From assembly GCA_030611205.1 (NCBI GenBank), contig JAUWQF010000001.1, positions 1 to 50,057 of the forward strand: a stretch of 50,057 bases of DNA, written 5' to 3'. Below, piece by piece: positions 29,367 through 37,387 of this stretch. Below the pieces are notes generated by a model that saw only the letters and a program-made list of their open reading frames with translations, did no database searches and was not told where the DNA came from. The position numbers and the translations under genes were made by a program. The first letter of the stretch is position 1, and the number at the start of each line of letters is the position of its first letter. The stretch is from Methanothrix sp. (GTDB lineage Archaea > Halobacteriota > Methanosarcinia > Methanotrichales > Methanotrichaceae).

Positions 29367-29858
29367 GTGGTGGAGGCTGTCATGACATATCTGCCCATGC
29401 CCGACCTTGATCAGGGTATCTTCTTGGTTTTTTCCGTGTTGATCATCGGAGCGATCATCGGCGCCTTGATCTGTTATATCCTGATCAGGCGTCAGGTTCG
29501 AAGAGAGTACGAGCTGGCCTTCAAGGAATGGATGGCAGATGCCGAAAAGCGGATCAGGCGGGACACGCTGGGAAAGAGCCGGGCGGTTCTGAAGGGAAAG
29601 ATCGCAGAGCAGCTCGCACCATTGCTTCCCGGGTTTGACTATAACCCTGCCGACGCCAGGTTCATCGGGAGCCCCATAGACTACATAATCTTCGATGGCT
29701 ACTCTGAGGCGATGGAAGGAGACGGAAAGATCCGCAGGATCGTTCTCATGGACGTGAAGACAGGGAAGGCCAGGCTCAGCCGGACCGAGAAGAAGGTCAA
29801 GAGTGCGGTAACGTCGGGCGCGGTAGAATGGGAGACGCTGGTTTTGGACGACGTGTAA
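29367..29858 (+). CDS. Membrane-anchored Holliday-junction-resolvase-like endonuclease (Endonuc_Holl/PF10107-like)
   Basis: N-terminal TM helix IFLVFSVLIIGAIIGALICYILI. C-terminal SPIDYIIFDG..IVLMDVKTGKARLSRTEKKVK pattern. Confidence 0.55.
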   Translation: MVEAVMTYLPMPDLDQGIFLVFSVLIIGAIIGALICYILIRRQVRREYELAFKEWMADAEKRIRRDTLGKSRAVLKGKIAEQLAPLLPGFDYNPADARFIGSPIDYIIFDGYSEAMEGDGKIRRIVLMDVKTGKARLSRTEKKVKSAVTSGAVEWETLVLDDV

Positions 29859-29889
29859 ATCCGGGATCGGTGAGCATCTTGCTGCCTGC

Positions 29890-30234
29890 GGTCACCCCGC
29901 GCCGTTGAGGGGCGGATGTCCAACCGTTCCCATAACCCGCCGGCTCATCCAGCCGTTGAGCGATAATAAGATCAATAGACCCAAGCTCGATTGGAATAGG
30001 CAGGTGCCCAGGCTGAAGAGGTTCCACCAAGCCTGGTGCAACTTCATCATGCTTCAGCTCTGCTGAAGCAGTCCCAGATCTCTGATCTGGGACTAACCAC
30101 ATGATTCTCTAAAGTTGGAGATACCTCAGAGCAAAAGAAGGTAGTTGCGGCGAACTCTAGCCATGGCGAAAGGACTTACAGACCATATCTGGACCATTAA
30201 AGAGTTGATGACTTTCAGCGTCCCTGTTCAGTAG
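29890..30234 (+). pseudogene. 3' remnant of a second IS1-family transposase gene (5' part missing; W to TAG change)
   Basis: It translates to ..RFHQAWCNFI-[48-nt insert]-PHDSLKLEIPQSKRR*LRRTLAMAKGLTDHIWTIKELMTFSVPVQ*. Positions 30034-30234 are roughly 85% identical to 34046-34246. The left boundary is approximate. Confidence 0.6.
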
Positions 30235-30290
30235 GCCCCAGCCTCTCCACGCTCGGACTGAAGTCCGAGGCATCCACGGGGGCCGTGGGA
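30234..30290. repeat. Hairpin element A (family A-D), 3' of the OLD gene
   Basis: ggccccagcctctccacg-CTCGGAC-tgaa-GTCCGAG-gcatcc, followed by a second hairpin ccacgg-ggg-ccgtgg. Confidence 0.7.
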
Positions 30291-30415
30291 TGGGGTTTTG
30301 TTTTATCTTTAACATTCTCTTATTTCAAGTGTTTTACGTGTAACGAATGGCGCATTCGCGAAGCAATGTGCTGGATTTTAGCGCAGTTATGCGAAGTTCC
30401 ACTCGCGCTTACGTA

Positions 30416-32383
30416 CTACGTTTTTTCAAATGAAGCAAGTAACGAATTAAGTATATTGAAGAGTGAATCAAAATTGTCAATAGTCTCTTGATCCAAGTTT
30501 GGGAAAATAGCATCACGGTTTCTGAGTAGGAAATCCGCTGGTTTCCCATGGTCAAAACTATCAATCCCTTCGGCACGAGCAATTTGCTTGACAATTGGAT
30601 CATCACCGTTCAAGACAGAAGCACTGAGTTTCTTGCCGAATGCACCGTTGTACAAATTAAGATAGTCCTGAGGATGGAATAGATCTTCGATGTCTGCTTG
30701 ACTACGATCCAATATCTGACCTATGGTAACTATGTTGTTAATTGTTATATATCCCCGTTCAACTAGTCTTGATATTTTCTGAGTCCCCCCTTTCTTAGAA
30801 TCAATCAAGACTCCGAGATTCAGATGTGTACCCAATAAAGCAATGAAAGTGGGAATGAGATCCACACCTCCAACTGGGAGAATCGTCCAAGCGTCATCTA
30901 AAGGTGTACAACCAGTAAGACTTTCTAGATGTCGTGAAATAAGGTCCAAGTATGTAAAATCTGATGTCCCCTCCACCACAAGATTATTGGGTGCAATAAA
31001 GAGATTCTGAGCAATGTCATAGCCGAGTGCTCCTTGTAGAGGGAATAAAGTGTCCGGATCAGTCGAAAGAACATCTAATGTGACTTTAGCTCCTGTGTCT
31101 TGGCCTTGATCTTCAATCAGCCTTACGCGATGTAGAAAGCCTGGCTGAATCATGAATGGAGAATGCGTTGTATATACAACTTGGCACTTAGGTGCCAGCC
31201 TATCCTCAATAAAGTGCAAGAAATCAGCCTGTGCTCTGGCATGAAGATTCAACGCCGGTTCGTCAAGCAATATGACAATTGACTCTTGTGCGTATTCGTG
31301 TTCGGAAAAAGCTGCTAAAAATGAAAAGAACCACCTGAAACCTGAGGAGTGTTCATCAAATGGTAAAGACAACGAATGGCGTTGATCCCAAATGCGTAAT
31401 TTTAGCTCATCTAGTACTGAATGCTGTCCTTGTGTATCCTCAACTGTCTTCTGATTTATATCTGGCTGTACCCTGAGTTCAGGATTTTGAGACCAATACT
31501 TAAGGACATCTGAGGTGAGTGTATTAGCAACATTTTCCAGTTCTCGCTTTCGTCGTTCATAGTCTGGATTCAAAAGGTAATCATCATCAGCTGCGGCCAT
31601 ATTGAGTAGTGCTCTTGCAGTTAGCTCGGAATCACTAAGTTCCTTTTGATCTGTTTTTAGTATTCTTTGAATTTCACACGAGTACGGCAATTTACTATAC
31701 TCGTCGAAGTACAGAAACTTAGGAAGTAATTGTTGCGCGCTGTCAGTGACTGCCTCTACAAGGGATTTGCCACCAAGTATGGAATTTACACTTTTCCGAA
31801 GGCTCACCAAAGTTTGCGTTAGAGTTCCTTCGATCTCATCAGACTCCGGGATAGTGTCATCAGATGCTTCGCCCTTCTGAGAAGATTCTAGATCACTAAT
31901 TGCTTGGTCTAGATCGTCTATGGTTGATGCTTCGCTCAGATTTTTTATTTCTGGAGTTCGATCCACGGAATCCAAGATGTAACTGATAACTATTTTCTCA
32001 TCAATATCTATTTGGCAAACCAATTCTCCATTGTAATGTCTTTCGAAGGAGATCTCCGTTGATTTGATAGATTTTGGGCCAAATCGATCTTCTAGTTTCT
32101 TAATGTCAACATCCTCAAGCTCAAAGGTACACACGATTGGAGCAACTTGGTCTAAGTCAATACCACTTAGACCATCTCTTTTTTCTATCCAAGCGGGGTA
32201 ATGATCAATAATTGAGAATTGTACATTAGGACGAGATGGATTTAGGCGGTAAACTGCATGTAGCAGAGCAGTTTTCCCGGATTCATTTTTGCCGACTAGG
32301 CACGTAATATCAGGTTCAATAGGTACTTCACCCGAATCCAAGAAGTTCCTAAACTTGCAGATACGAACTTTTTTAAGCTTCAT
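30416..32383 (-). CDS. OLD-family nuclease: N-terminal ABC-type ATPase plus C-terminal TOPRIM domain, stand-alone
   Basis: Walker A LVGKNESGKTAL; Walker B IVILLDEPALNLH; H-loop YTTHSPF. TOPRIM Glu motif NLVVEGTSDFTYL, then ILPVGGVD and GVLIDSKKGG. The gene is AT-rich relative to the host. Confidence 0.8.
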   Translation of the reverse strand: MKLKKVRICKFRNFLDSGEVPIEPDITCLVGKNESGKTALLHAVYRLNPSRPNVQFSIIDHYPAWIEKRDGLSGIDLDQVAPIVCTFELEDVDIKKLEDRFGPKSIKSTEISFERHYNGELVCQIDIDEKIVISYILDSVDRTPEIKNLSEASTIDDLDQAISDLESSQKGEASDDTIPESDEIEGTLTQTLVSLRKSVNSILGGKSLVEAVTDSAQQLLPKFLYFDEYSKLPYSCEIQRILKTDQKELSDSELTARALLNMAAADDDYLLNPDYERRKRELENVANTLTSDVLKYWSQNPELRVQPDINQKTVEDTQGQHSVLDELKLRIWDQRHSLSLPFDEHSSGFRWFFSFLAAFSEHEYAQESIVILLDEPALNLHARAQADFLHFIEDRLAPKCQVVYTTHSPFMIQPGFLHRVRLIEDQGQDTGAKVTLDVLSTDPDTLFPLQGALGYDIAQNLFIAPNNLVVEGTSDFTYLDLISRHLESLTGCTPLDDAWTILPVGGVDLIPTFIALLGTHLNLGVLIDSKKGGTQKISRLVERGYITINNIVTIGQILDRSQADIEDLFHPQDYLNLYNGAFGKKLSASVLNGDDPIVKQIARAEGIDSFDHGKPADFLLRNRDAIFPNLDQETIDNFDSLFNILNSLLASFEKT

Positions 32384-32431
32384 GTTTGTTTTACTCCTTC
32401 CATGTTTTTATTATTATCACCTTTCTCTTAA

Positions 32432-32474
32432 GCCCCATCCACGCCACACTCGGACTAAAGTCCGAGGCATCCCT
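32432..32474. repeat. Hairpin element B (family A-D), between the hicA stop and the OLD start
   Basis: gccccatccacgccaca-CTCGGAC-taaa-GTCCGAG-gcatcc. The hairpin spans 32449-32466. Confidence 0.7.
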
Positions 32475-32533
32475 GTTTAAACCTCCTACCATCTTAAATA
32501 TCCCTTTCTGAGTCCGAATACTGCCTTTTTCCA

Positions 32534-32755
32534 TCATAACAACTCAACAAACTCCTCAACGGTCAATCCGGCATCTTTAATCAAATCTCTAAGCGTACCT
32601 CTCTTTAGCTCCCTGTGTTTTGGCACAGAAAGCGTAGTGGAATATCCAACTTTTTCCATGATGACATGATTTCTCGTTTGCCTACTTACGACCCAACCAG
32701 CTTTACTGAAAGCTTTTACTGCTTTGAGTCCGGATATTACTGGTAACTTCGCCAT
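32534..32755 (-). CDS. hicA: HicA-family mRNA interferase toxin
   Basis: 73 aa. GLKAVKAFSKAGWVVSRQTRNHVIMEK..LSVPKHRELKRGTLRDLIKDAGLTVEEF is typical of HicA. Confidence 0.85.
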   Translation of the reverse strand: MAKLPVISGLKAVKAFSKAGWVVSRQTRNHVIMEKVGYSTTLSVPKHRELKRGTLRDLIKDAGLTVEEFVELL

Positions 32756-33013
32756 TTACACGACTACTTCTATGGCTTGTTCTTCGACCCCTTTCAATGC
32801 TCTCTGATTAATAACTTCCATACATCCCTGTATTGCATCTTTGATATTTTCCAGAGCCTCTTCTATCGTGTCGCCTTGGGAATGGCATCCCGGTAATGCT
32901 GGGCAGCTCACATTGTATCCCTCATCTTCTAAATCTTCCTTTATAACAACTTTGAAGTTCATTTCCTCACCACGCTTAATAGATAGATTTTTGATATTTA
33001 AAAGGCTTTCCAT
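32756..33013 (-). CDS. hicB: HicB-family antitoxin (UPF0150-type)
   Basis: FKVVIKEDLEDEGYNVSCPALPGCHSQGDTIEEALENIKDAI. Its TAA abuts the hicA ATG. The more likely start is the internal ATG at 32962. Confidence 0.8.
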   Translation of the reverse strand: MESLLNIKNLSIKRGEEMNFKVVIKEDLEDEGYNVSCPALPGCHSQGDTIEEALENIKDAIQGCMEVINQRALKGVEEQAIEVVV

Positions 33014-33018
33014 TTTCA

Positions 33019-34261
33019 GGTCGTGTCCACCGGAAACTGAAAGCTTTATATACTTTTAGCTAAATTCTGACTGTGGGGGAGTAGCTTTGCAGGATGAGTT
33101 AGATCTGTCGCAATTTTGGTGTTGGAACGTGGATTGCCCAAACTACGGCAAGAAAGGTCTTGGTAACATCGTTCTAAAGGAACGATATGGGGAAAAATAA
33201 CACAGCGCTTCTACGATGTAAGACATGTGGTCATTGTTTTAGTGAGACTCGAGGCACGCCGTTTTTCGGTTTGATCACACCTTGGGACGAAGTACTCAGG
33301 ACCCTGGCGATGTTGCCTGAGAAGGGCAGCATTCGCGGAGTGGCTAGAGCCACTGGTCATGACAAAGATGCAATATGTCGATGGGTAGACCTGGCTGGAG
33401 CCCACTGTAACGAGGTTAACAACTACTTTTTAAACAATCTTAACCTAGATAAAGTTCAAATTGATGAAATATGGTCATATATTAAAAAAAAATAAAAATG
33501 TTGAGGAGGGGGACCCTGAGGAGTACGGAGACGTTTATTCTTTGACGGCCATAAAGACCGACACAAGACTGTTCATCGCTCATCATGAGGGGGGTCGTAC
33601 AACCAAAGACGCCATCGGACTATTCCAAGACGTGGAACATAGACGAGATCCTGATTCTCCGATCCCGGTTTTCACTTCGGATGACTGGGACCCATTTGAG
33701 GAAGGGCTGTTGGCGGTCTATGGGGTACTGGAAACACCTCCGTACAAGGGAATAGGAAGGAAACCCCTACCTGTGCTCGTTCCCCCACCTGACTTAAAAT
33801 ATGCACAGGTCTGCAAGAAACGAGAAAAAAACCAGGTTGTTGCGACGGTCCAGCGGGTGGTCTTTGGGAATACGGACGACGTTTTAGAGGCGCTTGGTAC
33901 CAACTCTGAAGGTAAGATAAGCACCTCCTATGTAGAGAGGATTAACCTCACAATCAGAAACTCCTTGGCCAGGTTCATTCGCAAAGGTACGAACTGTAGT
34001 AAGTCTATTGTGATGCATTCTCGTGCAATCGACTTCTTCCAAACATGGTACAACTTCATCATGCTTCAGCTCTGCTGAAGCAGTCCCAGATCTCTGATCT
34101 GGGACTAACCACACGATTCTATAAAGTTGAAGGTCCCCCAGGGCAAAAGAAAGTGGTTGCGGCGAACTCCAGCCATAGCAGAAAGACTTACAGATCATAT
34201 CTGGACCATTGAAGAGGTGATGAACTTCAGAACCCCTGTTCAGTAAGTGAGGGACACGACC
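33019..34261 (+). mobile_element. IS1-family insertion sequence (1243 bp) with imperfect terminal inverted repeats
   Basis: IRL starts at 33019 with ggtcgtgtcc. IRR ends at 34261 with ggacacgacc. About 16 of 22 positions match when extended. Transposase segments lie inside, and IRL sits 6 nt from the long hicB ORF start. Confidence 0.75.
33087..34246 (+). pseudogene. IS1-family transposase reading frame split into four segments
   Basis: Segments are 33087-33203 (CWNVDCPNYGKKGLGNIVLKERYG), 33187-33495 (..LLRCKTCGHCFSETRGTPFF..DEIWSYIKKK), 33461-34078 (DDE region ..WYNFI) and 34109-34246 (PHDSIKL..TPAIAERLTDHIWTIEEVMNF). The breaks are +1 shifts at G4A5 and A9 runs, plus the 48-nt insert. Confidence 0.7.
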
Positions 34262-34535
34262 AAATTTGTATTGGATATGTAAATGCCACTGAGGTTCTAA
34301 TTTTTTCCTAAGCCATTGAAAAAATACAATGTCCGTATCTTCTGTGGGCATTTATATCTCCTAAAAACCTAAATTTCAGATTTATATAAACTTTATGCCT
34401 TAGTTTATACAACATAGGGATAAAATAACGATGCAGAAGGGTTAGAATAATCAAAAACCAGGAGTTAAATTTATATACTCTGAAATACAGGTAAAAAGAT
34501 ATTACTAAATTCTTTTATGATCTTCCTGTATATAA

Positions 34536-34610
34536 GCCCCGTCCGCGCCACACCCGATTGAAATCGGGTGCATCCGTGGGACGGAGGTCGGGTGTTGGGG
34601 GTGTGATGGC
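34536..34610. repeat. Hairpin element C (family A-D), 3' of the 191-aa gene
   Basis: gccccgtccgcgcca-CACCCGAT-tgaa-ATCGGGTG-catcc, followed by tccgt-ggg-acgga. The layout matches A and B, but the stem sequence differs with pairing preserved. Confidence 0.6.
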
Positions 34611-34744
34611 GGTGGGGTTAGGTGTACATTCTCGAGGGCGGCGCAGAGTTTGGTTATCGCTTTCGACATCTGCAAAGTTGTGATCAAAGGCAATGTCACG
34701 AAGAGCAAAAACCACGAAACCAGATAACCCCAATAGGCAAAGTT

Positions 34745-35320
34745 TTACTTTGGATAGATATAATTGTTTCTAATTCCTTCTGGTGTCATTGTTTCACTTA
34801 TAGTTCTGAGCAAAAAATATATTCGTTGTTTGTTTAGTGAACCTGATATTTTTACATCGTCAAATTTTTCATTTTTTTGTAATAACTCCATCACATCGTT
34901 TAATTTGGTAGAATCTAAAACATCTACAAAAGGCTTGAACTGGACTCCTAACGTCTTATGGATTTTTATAGGAAGCGTAATACAAAACAACTTTTGATTT
35001 CTATCATAATGGCTTTTGCCGAACACTTCTTCAATTTGGAGGATGGCATCTTTTCTTTCACTATCTGTTGCAGTTTCTTTTAGAAATTCATCGGTCCCAA
35101 ATCTTACTAAAAGGTATCCAAATTTGACATAGTTGGTTAAATCAGAATCGAGATCTTCAATGCAGAATTCTATTGGTTCTTTTCTTGTATGCAATAAAGT
35201 GCGAATTTTGTCTAATATATGCGAAACCGATTTTTCTAGTAATTTATATAAAATCAAACCTGCAACTGTCCCCTGCCAAAAACTGGGATTGTTTAAAGAA
35301 AACCAAATCATGTCCCACAT
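34745..35320 (-). CDS. Hypothetical protein with one N-terminal TM helix (orphan, AT-rich)
   Basis: A 191-aa ORF with the hydrophobic segment FWQGTVAGLILYKLL. No motif recognised. It is the only long ORF in this interval. Confidence 0.5.
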   Translation of the reverse strand: MWDMIWFSLNNPSFWQGTVAGLILYKLLEKSVSHILDKIRTLLHTRKEPIEFCIEDLDSDLTNYVKFGYLLVRFGTDEFLKETATDSERKDAILQIEEVFGKSHYDRNQKLFCITLPIKIHKTLGVQFKPFVDVLDSTKLNDVMELLQKNEKFDDVKISGSLNKQRIYFLLRTISETMTPEGIRNNYIYPK

Positions 35321-35476
35321 ATAGATTTCTCCATTATCCGAACTCTTTGCTTTATGGCACCGAAATATTTTTCAGATGACATAACGCCATCCTCTGGTAC
35401 TCACCCCCCATAAAACCCTTTTGCTCACACGACCCACCCCGACCTCCATATACTTCATGTCAGCCTCCCGAAGTCA

Positions 35477-35932
35477 CTAAACCCCAGACTTAAGTCCAAG
35501 GCCTGTACATCGCGTTTTTGCATTCGGTTTCTCCTGATTCTGTATGTAGCGCTCAACAACCTCCCACCCATGACCAACCGAGCCATGGAAGCAGGATGGT
35601 GCCCAGAGACTTTTACTGCACCATTCCTTGAGATGTGGAAACGCCTTGCGCAGTTCTCGACTGCTCTACCCTTTTATTCTTTTGGCTATATAACTCACTG
35701 AATATTTCGGGGGATATTTCACAAAAAGGTGAACATGATCAACATTCACTGTCATATCGATGATCTCGATGTCAAGATCCTTGCAAGTCTTGCGAATGAC
35801 CTCATCGAGCGCAAGCGCGACATCTCCGACCAGAATCTTCCCGCGATATTTTGGCGAGAAAACCATGTGATCAGTCAGAAGTGAAACCGTGTGTCGATCG
35901 TGGTGGAGTTCTCTGCGCTCCATGCGCATCAT
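35477..35932 (-). pseudogene. tnpA: IS200/IS605-family Y1 (HUH) transposase TnpA interrupted by one in-frame TAG
   Basis: HUH motif VDHVHLFV. The sequence reads ..IAKRIKG-TAG-SSRELRKAFPHLKEWCSKSLWAPSCFHGSVGHGWEVVERYIQNQ. The amber codon is at 35666-35668, where the family normally continues in frame. Confidence 0.75.
35482..35504. repeat. Hairpin element D (short member of family A-D) at the 3' end of tnpA
   Basis: cccca-GACTTAAGTC-caaggc matches gactgaagtccgaggc of element A at 14 of 16 positions. It contains a 10-nt perfect palindrome. Confidence 0.5.
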
Positions 35933-36664
35933 CTTTGGACTAATCCTAGATAAAGATTATGGGATGTTTTGACGATTATTTTTATAAAAAAATAATCCTC
36001 CCACACATGATGCCACCAACCCCCTATCCTAACTATAAATCTTGCACCGCGCTTGTTTTGCGCAGGTATCATGTATGCGTACAGACCAGATGCAATAATC
36101 GATGACCCACTACTACCGGCACACAGATTTTCATCCGACTTAGCGCCCCCGACCCTGCCCTAGCCACACCGGCTCGCCGCTTGCATTATCAGCAGCCGGG
36201 CTTTACCGCGTGCTTCGGGCGGCATACGGGCGACGCGGACGCAGTGATCCGCGATAGCGAACATACGTAACTATCCGGCCCCATTTTATTCGTCGTCAAG
36301 TTCAACCTTGGGCGGCTCCAGGCTCATGGCGCGGGGCTACCGCAGATGCTTCGCATGCGCTTCGCGTCGGAGAGCCGGTGACTGGGCCGCACCATATTGG
36401 CGCAAACCAAATTACAAAAAATTCGTTACGCTACCAAGATAGTTCCACACATCGTTGTAGAATGTATGATGATGGGCAAAATTATATGTATACGTTGAGT
36501 ATAGTTAACTGTCGCAGACGAGACGAATTTGATGTCGATATCCACATACATATTCATGATAACTCGTCTATAACAGATGCCGATAAGCATATCAGATGAG
36601 CACACACTGTATGTGCTTTCGGGCGGTGTAAGGGCACCATCCGATACGCACGGGAGGAAAAAGA

Positions 36665-37075
36665 ATGAACATAGATATGGAGAACATGGAACTGGCCGGT
36701 GCTGGTACGAGGTTTATGTCCTATATCATCGATGGAATTGTAGTTGGCGTGATCGGCTCGATCCTCAACTACGTCACCTTGAACTCCGGGGAGGTGGTCG
36801 GCCAGATAGCCCGCATTCTGAGTGTGTTAATATCCATGGCATACTTTACGTACTTCTTTGGAAATGGACAGACACCGGGCATGACGATGATGAAGATAAA
36901 ACTGTGTGGGACCGATGGGATGTACCCAATAGGATACGGGAAAGGCTTCCTCAGATGGGTCGGGATGATCATATCGGGTCTGGTACTGCTCCTGGGCTAC
37001 ATCTGGATCTTGATAGACAAAAAGAATCAGGGATGGCACGATAAGATAGCCGGTACCTACGTGATCAAAGAGTAG
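36665..37075 (+). CDS. RDD-family membrane protein
   Basis: RFMSYIIDGIVVGVIG at the N-terminus, TM segments, and C-terminal GWHDKIAGTYVI. Confidence 0.75.
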   Translation: MNIDMENMELAGAGTRFMSYIIDGIVVGVIGSILNYVTLNSGEVVGQIARILSVLISMAYFTYFFGNGQTPGMTMMKIKLCGTDGMYPIGYGKGFLRWVGMIISGLVLLLGYIWILIDKKNQGWHDKIAGTYVIKE

Positions 37076-37387
37076 ATCGGGGAGAGAAGAAGAGGCTCGG
37101 TTCCTATCGAGAGCCGATCGTGGCGGTGGCATCCTGAAGATCGTTCTCTTTTCGGGACGCTGCCACCCTTCCGGCGCAGACCCGGACGATGCTAAAGTTC
37201 ATCCGACTTGATGAAAGAGTTCTAAATCAACAACACTGCTTGATTTAACTACATATAATCTAATCAAGTAGATTTAATTTTTGGTCCGTTCTTTTTGATT
37301 TTAAGCCTAAATTGAGGTTTAACCGCAAGATATATTAGCTTTAACGTCGTATTATGCCTAGTAAGTCCCTGAGGAGGTGAATATCCC

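Noticed and set aside
30248-30272. A tRNA fragment or att site: ctcggactgaagtccgag resembles an anticodon arm with GAA
   Set aside because: The stem pairs to 7 bp with a 4-nt loop rather than 5 bp with 7 nt. There are no flanking D- or T-arm sequences and no GTTC-type T-loop. The same motif recurs at 32449 and in a covarying form at 34551, so it is a repeat family and not a tRNA.
34617-34623. A canonical integron attC core: GTTAGGT fits the R' consensus GTTRRRY near element C
   Set aside because: I could not find a matching R'' (RYYYAAC) partner. Elements A and B lack a clean GTTRRRY, and no integrase is in the window. The idea is kept only as an alternative hypothesis in the findings.
36139-37209. 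The 12-mer ttcatccgactt occurs at 36139-36150 and 37198-37209, flanking the RDD gene
   Set aside because: Exact 12-mer matches are expected many times by chance among all position pairs in 50 kb. There is no extended similarity around either copy.
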